The position numbers were made by a program, and so were the translations under genes. A DNA stretch of 64,000 nucleotides, from NCBI GenBank assembly GCA_963837955.1, contig CAWIPH010000002.1, positions 3,232,001-3,296,000 on the forward strand, read 5' to 3'. Under the pieces are notes generated by a model. The model saw nothing but the letters and a program-made list of their open reading frames with translations, did no database searches and was not told where the DNA came from. This document shows, piece by piece, positions 31,208 through 41,419 of this stretch. This DNA comes from an uncultured Verrucomicrobiae bacterium (GTDB lineage Bacteria > Verrucomicrobiota > Verrucomicrobiia > Chthoniobacterales > JAFAMB01). Each line of letters begins with the position of its first letter. Positions within the stretch are counted from its first letter, which is position 1.

Positions 31208-32102
31208 TCATAGTCGGGAAGCCGCGAGAACTCTATCATTTTGTTTACGAGGTGAACGGCGGGCGAAAAAAGCACGCACGACGTATTCAAGACCCGCGAC
31301 AATTTCCAAAGCCGACGTTTTCCATGAATGGCATCGCCGTGTCAACAGCCAATTCCTAACATAGACGTTGGCGCATGCGCTTATTAAGTATGCACTTCGC
31401 ATAATAAGCTCCACGGCCGCGGTGATATGACCGCATTAGGCGCCGTTCGTCGCCCTTTGTCTTTCGCCCATGATGGTGGTAAACGAGTGGCTTCGGATCA
31501 TATGCACCGGTCCACCCTGCCGCTGAAATTCTCGCGAGTAATTCCACCTCCTCCGCGATGAAGAATGATCCTGGCCCGAACCATGGATCGAAGCCGCCGA
31601 CTTCACCGAGAGCGGCCCGCCGAAAGGCAAGATTTGCCCCATGAATTGCGCCTGGTCGAATAAAGCTTTCAGGCGGAAAAGACTGCCGTTCCAAGGACTC
31701 TTGTATCGTAAGTTTGAAATCAGTGGGATCATGCAACAGAATCCGTCCTCCCACAAAACCGAGTCTCGGATCTTTTGAGAAGGAATCGAATACGGAATCG
31801 AGATAATCCTCCGCCGGGTAACAGTCATCGTCGATGTACGCAACGATGTCAGACTTGGCCGATTGCCAGCTGGCATTTCGAGCGCACGACACGCCTCGGT
31901 CCGGATTATAGATTAGCTGGACCGGACGATCCAAAGTCGCAGCGAACTCCCGCACAACCTCATTTGTCCGATCGGCCGATCCGTTGTCGACGATAACTAG
32001 CTCCCAATCCAATTCCGACCGAATCGCCCAAACCCTTTTAAGCGTTTCAGCAAGCCGGGCGGCGCGGTTGCGGGTACAAATGACTAAAGAAAGATCGTAC
32101 AT
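31208..32102 (-). CDS. GT2 glycosyltransferase, close paralogue of 28809..29729, one +1 frameshift near 31372
   Basis: ORF 31356..32102 plus tail 'NVYVRNWLLTRRCHSWKTSALEIV' in 31208..31414, matching 'NVYVKNWLLTRWHHSLGKTALEIV' of the paralogue; extra C in CGCCAAC. Confidence 0.85.
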
Positions 32103-32106
32103 ACTC

Positions 32107-32153
32107 TGGTAACTTGTGATTGGTAATTGGTGAGAGATTGGTAATTGAGTAAT
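32107..32153. repeat. Degenerate tandem heptamers (TGGTAAT-like)
   Basis: TGGTAAC TTGTGAT TGGTAAT TGGTGAG ... TGGTAAT upstream of the GT2 start at 32102. Confidence 0.6.
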
Positions 32154-32258
32154 CAGCAGGCAGTATCCGTACGCACTAGTCCTGCTCAGCGTTTGGACTA
32201 AAGAACTCGAATCACGATCGTTCCTCAGTCCACCAACGAATGTTCACCATCTGCCCTC

Positions 32259-33248
32259 TCACATTTGCTGAATCTCGATTTTTCGCTCCATTTGCAGAAG
32301 GCGAATATCACGGGCCGCACGCCTTTCCGCCTCTCGGATCGCCTTCTCGGCGGGTGGCCACGGTCGCCCAAGACACGTCCTTACCATTCGCTTGAGCCAG
32401 TCTATAACAAGCCCTGCTGTTCCGCGATCTCGCGGAGCAACCCCCGCGCGTAGATAGCTGAGAATGTGTGTGCTATAAACGCCGCCCACAAAGACTCGGT
32501 GGAGATACTGTGGCGAAAGTCGACGTTTATCGATCAAATGCGTCACGACGAGTTCCCCGAACAGCCCAACTCCCATCCCCAAATCGTAAGAAGTCATCGC
32601 TAGGTCCAGATCCTCGCCTGCCATTAAGCTACCGCCTCGACGTCCCAGAGATCGCCTAATCGCCGAGTCCCTTGTATTGCCAGTGTAGGCTTGCGCTACT
32701 TTCTCTTTTACACAAAGACCCGCACCGTAAGGCACCGACTCAATCCCAAAATTGGCCCACTTTGCCTCTGTAACACCTCGGATAGCTAAGCTGGGCAACA
32801 GCGATTGGAAACGCGGATCCGGTTCGATCTCGAACTCAGCCTCGATACTACCTCCAAAGGCTCCAAGATACGGATGAGCTGCTGCAATTCGCGAAGCCGC
32901 TTCTAGATAATCACGCTGGAGTACATTGTCGTCGTCCACGAATATGAGCAGCTCGCCGGTTGCCTCGGCTATGCCGCGAAATCGAGCCGGGGTAAGGCCA
33001 AGTTCTTCCTCGCGAATATGTCTGCTCCGAGGATGCCAGGAAAGATCTACCCGCGAAACTAACGGCTCATTGCTAGCATTATCGACCAGCAACAACTCCC
33101 AGTCAGCATATGGCACGGTTTGATAGCGGAGCCCCTCGATCGTTCGCCTAAGATAATCCTCTCGTGGGTTGTGGGTGCAGATAATAACGCTAAACTTCAT
33201 CGCGGATTGCGGAGCGCGGAACGTGAAATCGGAAGCTTGGCAAGACAA
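32259..33248 (-). CDS. GT2 glycosyltransferase
   Basis: 'FSVIICTHNPR', 'LVDNAS', 'GLTPAR', 'FVDDDN', 'GEDLD'. Confidence 0.9.
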   Translation of the reverse strand: MSCQASDFTFRAPQSAMKFSVIICTHNPREDYLRRTIEGLRYQTVPYADWELLLVDNASNEPLVSRVDLSWHPRSRHIREEELGLTPARFRGIAEATGELLIFVDDDNVLQRDYLEAASRIAAAHPYLGAFGGSIEAEFEIEPDPRFQSLLPSLAIRGVTEAKWANFGIESVPYGAGLCVKEKVAQAYTGNTRDSAIRRSLGRRGGSLMAGEDLDLAMTSYDLGMGVGLFGELVVTHLIDKRRLSPQYLHRVFVGGVYSTHILSYLRAGVAPRDRGTAGLVIDWLKRMVRTCLGRPWPPAEKAIREAERRAARDIRLLQMERKIEIQQM

Positions 33249-33252
33249 GCAG

Positions 33253-34576
33253 CTAGTGCAGTTTCCTTGCCTGGGTGGGACGCAGGAGCGAGCGCTCTCG
33301 AGACGCGGCGCGCGTGGCCCGCCAACGGTGTACAGCGTTTTTCAAACGCAGGGTTTCCGTTTCGACGAAATTCTTTGCTCGTGTGCTAATTGTAGGCTCC
33401 ATCAGCTCGCGATAGCGCTTTTTACGCTCCAGTTCTTGAGCGGTCGTAGCCAGTCCCTTGCATCGGCTAGCTTTCGAGAGAATTTCGAGCAGAGTAGGGA
33501 TGCTGGGGTCGCTGATTCTGGCCGTTGCTATTTCGTGGGCCCGCACGCCCATCGCATTCCAGCTCTGGCGAGCGGACCAGGCCCGCTCCAGTGCGTCTCG
33601 CGCAAGTCCGATGACAGGCGCTTCCGCCACGAATCCGCTTTGCGTTTCAGTTACCCATTCTTGGTTGCCTCCGACATCGAGTCACAATCGCCGGCCGCCC
33701 ACAGAGCATGGCCTCCACCAGTGCCAGGGGGGTACCCTCGAAGCGGGATAACATCACGAGCACCTGTTCCTGAACCCAGATTGCCCGTACATCGCTTTGG
33801 TGTCCGGCGAAGGTTATTCGCTCCTGCAACCCAAAAAATTCGACCAGCGCACGCAAATAGCGTTCGTCGGGACCGGATCCGTAGAGCGTCAGGTGCCAAT
33901 CTCGTTGCTTCCATTTATCCGTGCTCAGCGTCTCGACGAGAATATCTTGTCCCTTGTACTTTGCTTCTAACCGAGCAACACTAGCGAAACGGGCAGTTCC
34001 CGAGTCGGGCCACGGAAGATAGGAACGATCGGAAAGATTGACCGGGTTTAGTATAAGATGGGAATTCGGAATCTTCCTTGCTAGCTGCCGCTCGGCGTCT
34101 ATCCGATTTTGGTTCGAGACGAAAAGCACTCGAAAAGCCCGTGAAAAAATGTTGCAAGCGTGCTCGCGACGGTAATCGTCGGTCAGCACCGGTAGGCTGT
34201 CATTAAGCTGGCAGACTATAATAAAAGGGATTGGTGTAACGTAGAGCAACTCCAGCAGATCTGACTGCGATAGGACATCGAAAATCCATCCTTGGCTGAT
34301 GACGATCACATCGGGATTCGTCTTGAAAAGGTCACGATAACTCGATGCCGCCACGAATGACGATCCCTGAACCGGAAAATCCGGATTATGCCTTTGCAAA
34401 ATCTTCACTCCGCGACGTTCAAGCTCGCGCAGTTTGGGCGCCTTGTTAGTCCATCCCAGGACAGAAACGAAGACTTCATGCCCGACCTCCAACGCCTCAA
34501 GAGCGGTTTCCGCCCAGAGCTCCTCGCTACCGCCCCAGGGGTTTCCTCTCATTGTCGAAATGATTCCGATTCTCAT
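33253..34576 (-). CDS. GT4 glycosyltransferase, one frameshift near 33680
   Basis: 'WGGSEELW', 'SRFEGTPLALVEAMLCGRPAIVT'; continues out of frame as DVGGNQEWVTE...GFVAEAP into 33253..33630. Confidence 0.85.
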
Positions 34577-34602
34577 CGTCTACTCTCCGTTTCCCCGGGG
34601 CT

Positions 34603-35424
34603 TCACAAGCCTTGCTTGATGATCTCTCGAGGCCTTTCTGAGGTCTTCCACTCAAGCGCTGGACGTTCTGCCTGCATTAAGAGCGCGATGTACGTTTTGT
34701 TATCGGGCATTTCTGCGTCTACGACGCCAGCCGTCTTGAAATATTTATCGGCGCAGCGGTTCAGCCAGCTTGGATTGAAGCGCCAAAGGATACGAAAACA
34801 CCACGTCGCAAAGCCAAATAAGGATGACTTTGGCGCTAGTAACTGCCAAAACAACTGATTGATAAAGAAGCAAAGCGCCCGGGGGCCACAAGTCAGCTTC
34901 TTCGCTCCCTTGATCTGGAAACCGGCGCGCTCCAACAACAGACGCAAGCCATCCGCGGTCCACCTCTGGAAATCGTAAGGACAGCCGTGATCCTCGAAAA
35001 GACCATGCGTTGTGAGAATCAAAAAACCGCCCGGTTTTAAAACACGAAAACATTCTGCGACATAGTTAGCAGGCTCCGGTACATGTTCCAGAACCTGTGT
35101 CGAAAGAACCATGTCAAATGAACTATCGGGCATAGGGACCGAAGAGTCTGCCGGCAACAGAAAATCCAGCCCGTCGCAGGGCGTAAAATCCGCCCGGAAA
35201 TATTTGCTGTTGGGGAAAAGGCTGCGATAGGGAGAACCTCCACAGCCATAGTCGAGGATGCTGATTTTTTCAGAGGTTTTATGGAGATCAAGCGCTTCAC
35301 GCACATCGGCCAAGTGCAAATAAAAAGAACCACTAGGGTGTGGGTATAATCGCTCCCTCAGGTAACCGTCCGATTCCAGCGCCTGTGAGAGCTTGTTGTT
35401 CTTTACTTCGAGAGAGCTACCCAT
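34603..35424 (-). CDS. Class I SAM-dependent methyltransferase
   Basis: 'ILDYGCGGSPY', 'STQVLEHV', 'RVLKPGG', 'PYDFQRWT'. Confidence 0.88.
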   Translation of the reverse strand: MGSSLEVKNNKLSQALESDGYLRERLYPHPSGSFYLHLADVREALDLHKTSEKISILDYGCGGSPYRSLFPNSKYFRADFTPCDGLDFLLPADSSVPMPDSSFDMVLSTQVLEHVPEPANYVAECFRVLKPGGFLILTTHGLFEDHGCPYDFQRWTADGLRLLLERAGFQIKGAKKLTCGPRALCFFINQLFWQLLAPKSSLFGFATWCFRILWRFNPSWLNRCADKYFKTAGVVDAEMPDNKTYIALLMQAERPALEWKTSERPREIIKQGL

Positions 35425-36706
35425 TCTGCCTCCTCATGGTAAGTGCAAGCTTCAGGACGCCACCCAAATAGGGCTGTCTTATTTAAAATCACGACGCGAA
35501 ACTGACAGATTTCTTCCAAAATTTGATACGGTTGTCCTCCCGGTGGTTCGGTGAAATATGCCGTCAGGCTATATTGGCCAACATTGAGATTCAGCCTTGG
35601 TATCTGGCATACTACCGTCGTCGTGCCTGAACTCTTGCAGATTTCAACGGGATCGTCGCAAGCGGAGAAATGAAGCACAGGGACCTGGGCCTGGTTAACC
35701 ATTTGAAATGAGAGGCATGCTCCGGGAACTGGCTCCGAATGGTCAAAATCAAACTCAACCCTCATTGAGGCGCCACACTCATGAACCGAACTTGGCTGTG
35801 AACAGAAGACTTCGACTCTGGTTATCGACGGCTTGCCGATCTTTGGCGCCGCCTCGTAGCGCGACTCCTGGGAATGCATTGAGCTTAGGTATTTTCCGAC
35901 AGCTTCTTGGGTTTCGCCAAAGAAAACGCACTTTCCAGCCTGCAGTAGGACAGACGTTTTGGTAAGTGATGTGATGGCCGCCATGTTGTGGCTGACAAAA
36001 ATCACTGTGCGTCCGGAATGGCTCACATCTTCCATTTTGCCCAAGCACTTTTTCTGAAACTCAGTATCACCAACCGCCAGTACTTCATCCACGATCAAAA
36101 TTTCCGGCTCCAAATGGGCTGCGACCGCGAAAGCTAGTCGCACATACATACCGCTGCTGTAACGTTTCACCGGAGTATCCAGGAATTTTTCCACCTCAGC
36201 GAACGCAACGATCTCGTCGAATTTGCCCTTAATCTCAGCCCGGCTCATCCCCAGGATCGCACCGTTCAGATAAACGTTTTCCCGTCCGGTTAGTTCCGGG
36301 TGAAAGCCAGTGCCAACTTCAAGCAGACTGGCCACGCGACCCCTGATGCGAATTCGACCTTCAGTCGGCTCTGTGATCCGGCTCAGAATCTTCAAAGTGT
36401 GGATTTGCCCGCGCCATTTCGCCCGATGATGCCAACAACCTCCCCCTGCTTGATTTCAAACGACACGTCTTTGAGCGCCCAGAAAGTCTCAACACGACCT
36501 GTTCAAGAAGCAGAACTGGCAAGCATGCGGATGTGAACCGTTTGAACCATTCCGGCCTCATATTCTCTTGCCAATTGCTTTGAATGGTGCTGCCGCCTGC
36601 CGGGCAATCACGTCGCGGAGAGTGGTATACCGGCTCGCCGTTCGCCTTGTGGCTTAGAGTGTAACTTTTGCCGACGATTTTCGACGGAGATAACAGTATC
36701 AGACAT
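35403..36706 (-). CDS. wzt: Polysaccharide ABC transporter ATP-binding protein Wzt (copy 2), 5' part frameshifted
   Basis: Starts [10 protein letters not shown] (36706); GRNGAGKST is followed by a missing T (CTTTGA for CTTTTGA); intact 330-aa remainder with '[11 protein letters not shown]' and a C-terminal domain. Confidence 0.85.
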
Positions 36707-36801
36707 AAACATTTATGAGATTGCGAATTGAACGGAAATCGCGCATGCGTTTGCGATTCCCCAATTGTCGCAAAATCTCCAGACGAATCCGCGCTCTGGA
36801 G

Positions 36802-37624
36802 TTAGATCACATCCGCAAAGCTCTTTTCTGTCCTGCGGAAATACCAGATTCCGACAAACAGGAAGAGAAAGATAATTACCAGCGAGAGCGCAAATCCCGG
36901 CAGATAAAATTCGCCTGATTCCACCCCGGCAAACCGCCCAGCGGAATCCATCGATAACTCCGACCATAGGATTCAGCGAATAGACCAAACGCCACTGTTC
37001 CGGGATCACATCGGTACTGAAACCAACCGGCGAAATGAAAAGTCCAAATTGGGCGATAAACGGGACGACGTACCGGAAATCCCGAAATTTGACGTTGAGC
37101 GCGGTCAGAAACAGACCCGGGCCGAGCGCCGCGAAAAAGGCCAGCACCGTGAAAAAAGGCAGGGTAATGATTCGCCAGTCCGGCATGAAGCGAAACCAGA
37201 TCATCAGAATTCCCAACAGCACCGCTGAGATAAATAGATCAACCAGGCTGGTAATGACTGTCCCGGCCGGAATGATCAGACGCGGGAAATAGACTTTCGA
37301 TATAAGCCTATCGTTAACGATCAGACTATGGCTGGATTCCAAGAGCGCAGTGGCGAAGAACTGCCAGGGCAACATCGCAGCGAAGACCAGGATTGGATAA
37401 GGGATTCCGTTCGAAGGCATCTTGGCAATCCGGCCAAACACCACGGTAAAAATGAGCATTGCCAGAAAGGGACGCAGAACCGCCCAAGCCACGCCGATCG
37501 CAGTTTGCTTATAGCGAACGCTGATGTCTCGCCAGGCGAGGATATAGAAAAGCTCGCGGTATCGCCAAAGGTCACTCCAGTAATTCTTTTCGGTGCGTCC
37601 GGGTTCGATCAAGAGCTCTTGCAT
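36802..37624 (-). CDS. wzm: Polysaccharide ABC transporter permease Wzm, frameshift near C-terminus
   Basis: 'LWRYRELF...RDISVRYKQT', 'SKVYFPR', 'KFRDFRY', 'LNPMVGVIDGFR'; canonical end WYFRRTEKSFADVI* lies in another frame (stop 36802). Confidence 0.88.
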
Positions 37625-37687
37625 ATGATAATATATTCTGGATCAGGCAGAGTGAGTTAAGTGCGAACTAGTGCGCCGTCGGAGCGG

Positions 37688-38251
37688 TTATAGACGAGAG
37701 AGTGTACTGGATTTGGTCAGTAGCAGTAGATCTGCGGCGCTCGCTTCCGCACGGAGACTGCGCCCCATCCACTCAACCAGAATTTCAACACGTTCCTTGG
37801 CGGTAATGAGCCGAGTGACCAAGGCTTCCAAACCCTGGAATGGGCCTTGCGTAATCTGGACGTTGCATCCCGGCTCTAGTGCTTGATTGACCTCCAGAAG
37901 GTCTTCTTCGCCTGTGCGGATTTTGATTTCGCTGACCAAGGCATCAGGCAAAAGAGCCAGACGCTCCCCGAATTGCACGAAGCCACTCACGCCTGGGCTC
38001 TGTCTGATTCGACGATTGAAGGCTGCATAATCAAATCGAGCAAAAAGGTAACCGGGAAACATCGGTTCGACGAACCAGATCGGCCCACGACTCGTCGGTT
38101 TCCGAAATCGCAGTCGAGGACAGAAGACCTCGATTTCGAAAATCTGACGCAGGCAAGCGGCTGCGATATGTTCCCGTTTGGGCTGGCCCTTCAGGCAGAA
38201 CCATGAGCCGGTCGGTTGGTGACGCAGAATTTCAGCAGCGGTTAGAAGCAT
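37688..38251 (-). CDS. NusG/RfaH-family transcription antiterminator
   Basis: NGN domain 'WFCLKGQPKREH', 'EPMFPGYLF', KOW 'VQITQGPFQG'. Confidence 0.85.
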   Translation of the reverse strand: MLLTAAEILRHQPTGSWFCLKGQPKREHIAAACLRQIFEIEVFCPRLRFRKPTSRGPIWFVEPMFPGYLFARFDYAAFNRRIRQSPGVSGFVQFGERLALLPDALVSEIKIRTGEEDLLEVNQALEPGCNVQITQGPFQGLEALVTRLITAKERVEILVEWMGRSLRAEASAADLLLLTKSSTLSRL

Positions 38252-38580
38252 GGTAAGTAGCTGACCTGTGCATTAGAAAAATTCCGGGCATGCTGCCGCC
38301 CTTGGTCGCGAACCTGGCGGTTCGGACTGGAATCGACAAAATTTCTTTCGTGAACATTGAATCCACGTAATGCTCAGGGGGGTCCGGTTATTCATCACGC
38401 CGGTTCGACTTTGGTAAGGTCGCCGGCGGCTGCCTAATGAGCTTAGCTAAAGCGTCGGGACTACATAGATACTTTGGCAGGTATCGCCTGCGGCGTGCCT
38501 ATCCAAACATAACCCTGAAACCTGTTTCCATTTTCCTTGGGCCCTCCTTCCTAGCCCCCAATCGTCATTTGAATCAGCGA

Positions 38581-40718
38581 CTAATATTGATCAATCGTGC
38601 TTTTGCTCAGGTTAACAGCGCTTTCGCTCCGATACGCATCAGCCTTGGCATACATACTCACGTAGCGGGCGCAGTAGTAATCATCGCGAGAGCGTCGCCG
38701 CACCCGGTTCAAGACGACCGCATCCGGGACGGTGAGTCGCTCGCTCCAGCAGACTGTATGCCCGGACAAGCAGCGCGCCGCGGGGTTTTGCCCGCCCGGA
38801 CAACGAGACATACCGAGTCAATTTCCTTGGCGATAAGCTGAGTGTCGCTGACCGCGTTGATGGGAGCGCTATCCAGCACGACCCGATCGAAGTGAATCAT
38901 AGCTTCTTTGAGCAAGCCAGCAAGGTCACCCGCAGCCAGCAATTCGGCCGGGTTCGATGCTCGCGCGCCTGCCCCGAGGATGAAGAGGTTCTCCATGCCG
39001 GTCGGTTTGCAGCAATCCATGACGGTTGCGTTTCCGGTAAGACAAGCGCTGAGTCCTCGCGTTTTGGTATCGGCTAGTAGAGCTTTGGTCAGATTCGGCC
39101 GGCGCAGGTCTGCATCGATGAGGAGAGTTCGAAGTCCCGTTTGCGCGAGAGCCGCTGCACAGTTAAGTGAGCAATAGGTTTTCCCTTCGCCCGGATTAGC
39201 GCTGGTGAACAAAACCGTCTTAAAGTCTTGTTCGCTGTCCAAGAAAAGAGAGCGCGGTGCGGAGCGAACGGAACGCTTCCGCTTCGTGCGAAGCCGGGTC
39301 AGCAGTTAGCACGGGCTCTTTATCGAGGTGTCTGCGTTTGGAACGGGGAACCAACAGTTAGCACCCCCAGCCCCAAGATTTCCTCTACCTGATTGACGCT
39401 ACGGATAGAGCTGTCGGCCATGTCGAGGCCGACTACGAGGGCACTGCCAATGACGAAGCCGCCCAAAAGTGCGAGCGCCAGAATCTTCAATTTGCTTGGC
39501 TTAGACGGCCTGGACAGCCACCATCGGCGTCTCGACGATGCGGAAGTTGTTCTCCTCAACGTTCTTCGAGACATTTGTCTCCTTCATGCGCCTGAGAACG
39601 GATTCGTAGAGCGCACGATCGGACTCCACTTCACGGATCAGGACGTTGTAAGGAATAGCAATTTTGTTCAGTTCCAACGCCGCTTCTTCTTGATCCCTGA
39701 GCTCCGCCAGGAGTTTGTCTTCCGTGGTTTTGGCGGCTTCATACGACTTCGTTACCAGGTCGCCCGCACTAAGCAGAGTTCGACTCAAGTTCTGCTTAAG
39801 ATCTTTGATCTGCGCTTGGGCCTCGATGTATTTCGGATGCAGTTCCCCGTAGCGTTCCTTGAGCTGGGCAAAATCGGCTTCCTTCTCGGAAATCTGCTTC
39901 CGCAGGTCCGCCACAACCGGAAGGGAAGTGACACTGGAAAGCAGCAGCAAGTCCTGGGGATTCTTTTTAGCACGCTGGATTGTGGCAATATCTGCCTCCA
40001 ACTTGATGCGCTCGCCCCGGGCCTCGGTCACCTTCAGGTTCAATTCTTTGAGTTTCTCGACGACGATGTTCTGTTTTTCCTCGAGCGAAACTGCGTGATG
40101 GTCTTCCCGGTACTGCTGAACTGCCTGATCAGACTTGTGGAGTTTCTCTTTGAGGCGATCAGCCTCCTGAATGAGGGCGTCATTGGCGGCCTTTGAATCA
40201 GACGAGTTCTGGGCAAAGTTCTGGTCCTCGAACTCTTTAATCATCGACTGGGCAAGCTGCTGCGCTCGTATCGGATCCTTATCCTCTACGGTGACATCGA
40301 TCAATCGCGTGCCCCGGCGAAGCAACACCGAAAGCTTCGACTTGAAATGTTCCGCCAGCTCAATGTCCGAATAAGATGAACCGTCTTTTCTGGGCGGAGC
40401 GAATTCTGGATCTTTGTCCAGGCCATTGGCCTTAACGACCCGCAAAAGGAGCGTGTCACTTAGCAGGTTTTGCTCGACCGTCTTGAGCGCGTCAGCTTGT
40501 TTGTAGTCCTCCTGATTAATATCCTGGATGTTAGTTACTTTCTGCGCCTCTTGCTGAACCTGGATAACGGCGCGCGATTCGTAGATTTTCGGAGCCTGTA
40601 TCAAATAGACAATCGCGGCCGATAAAGTGAGGAGAATAACCAGAATGATGACCCACGCCCTAGATAGCAATAGACGAAAGAGATAACCGAAATCGAACTT
40701 GAGCATGGGATTGATCAC
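38581..40718 (-). pseudogene. wzc: Wzc-like polysaccharide co-polymerase / BY-kinase, multiply frameshifted (probably sequencing indels)
   Basis: Wzz-type N-terminus and coiled coil 'RYGELHP', second TM 'KILALALLGGF', Walker A 'TSANPGEGKT', 'LLIDADLRRP', 'VLDSAP', Tyr-rich tail 'DDYY...Y..MY'. Confidence 0.85.
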
Positions 40719-40790
40719 TCACAGTTGTAGATGGTAATTTCGTTTTCACGCGGATAGCCTCGTTTCAGTAGGATCGGTTCATTTTGGCAA

Positions 40791-41402
40791 TTAGAAGATG
40801 CGTTCCCGAACGGTAATTTTATCGTCAGGCTGGACTTCAAAAAGCTGCGAGGAGGTGTTTTTGGTTTGAGCGTGGGCATTTACTTCAATGACCGATTCGA
40901 CACCGTTGACTGTTCGCCGGACGAGCACCTTCCCTTCATCGGCTAAGCGGGTAAATCCGCCGGCCATGGCGATTGCCTGGAGCAAATCAACGTGCTCTTC
41001 ACTCGGGAGAACATAGCTTCCCGGCCTCTGGACCTGACCTAACACGGTGATCCGCCGGCCGGCATATTGAATCACGTTCACTCGAACCTGCGGATTGCGC
41101 AGGTAGCCTTTCATCAGTCTCTCCCGAAGCGTGTTGGCCGCTTGGGCAACGGTTCGGCCAGAAATTTGAACGACGCCAATGAGCGGAAAATTAATTGTTC
41201 CGTCCTGGGAAATCCGGTGCTGGGAATCCAGGTCAGGCTCCTCAAAAACTTTGACCAGGACAACGTCGTTCGGTGAAAGAATATAATTCTCCGGCGCAGC
41301 CGAAGGTTGGGCTTGAGGTGCGACCGCTGTCTGGGCATTTACGCCAGGCAAGTTCACCGCCAGCGCGGAGAGAAGTACCAGCAAAACAAAATAGGTTTTC
41401 AT
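40791..41402 (-). CDS. Polysaccharide export protein (Wza/OPX family, short)
   Basis: 'YILSPNDVVLVKVFEEPDL', PES motif 'DGTINFPLIG', SLBB 'VLGQVQRPG', 'AIAMAGGF'; start set at MKTYFV. Confidence 0.88.
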   Translation of the reverse strand: MKTYFVLLVLLSALAVNLPGVNAQTAVAPQAQPSAAPENYILSPNDVVLVKVFEEPDLDSQHRISQDGTINFPLIGVVQISGRTVAQAANTLRERLMKGYLRNPQVRVNVIQYAGRRITVLGQVQRPGSYVLPSEEHVDLLQAIAMAGGFTRLADEGKVLVRRTVNGVESVIEVNAHAQTKNTSSQLFEVQPDDKITVRERIF

Positions 41403-41419
41403 AAGGTTTGGCTTAGACG

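Noticed and set aside
33169..33984. 271-aa plus-strand ORF (and similar antisense ORFs such as 39393..40196, 53011..53475, 56121..56684)
   Set aside because: Antisense shadows of well-supported minus-strand genes, with no motifs
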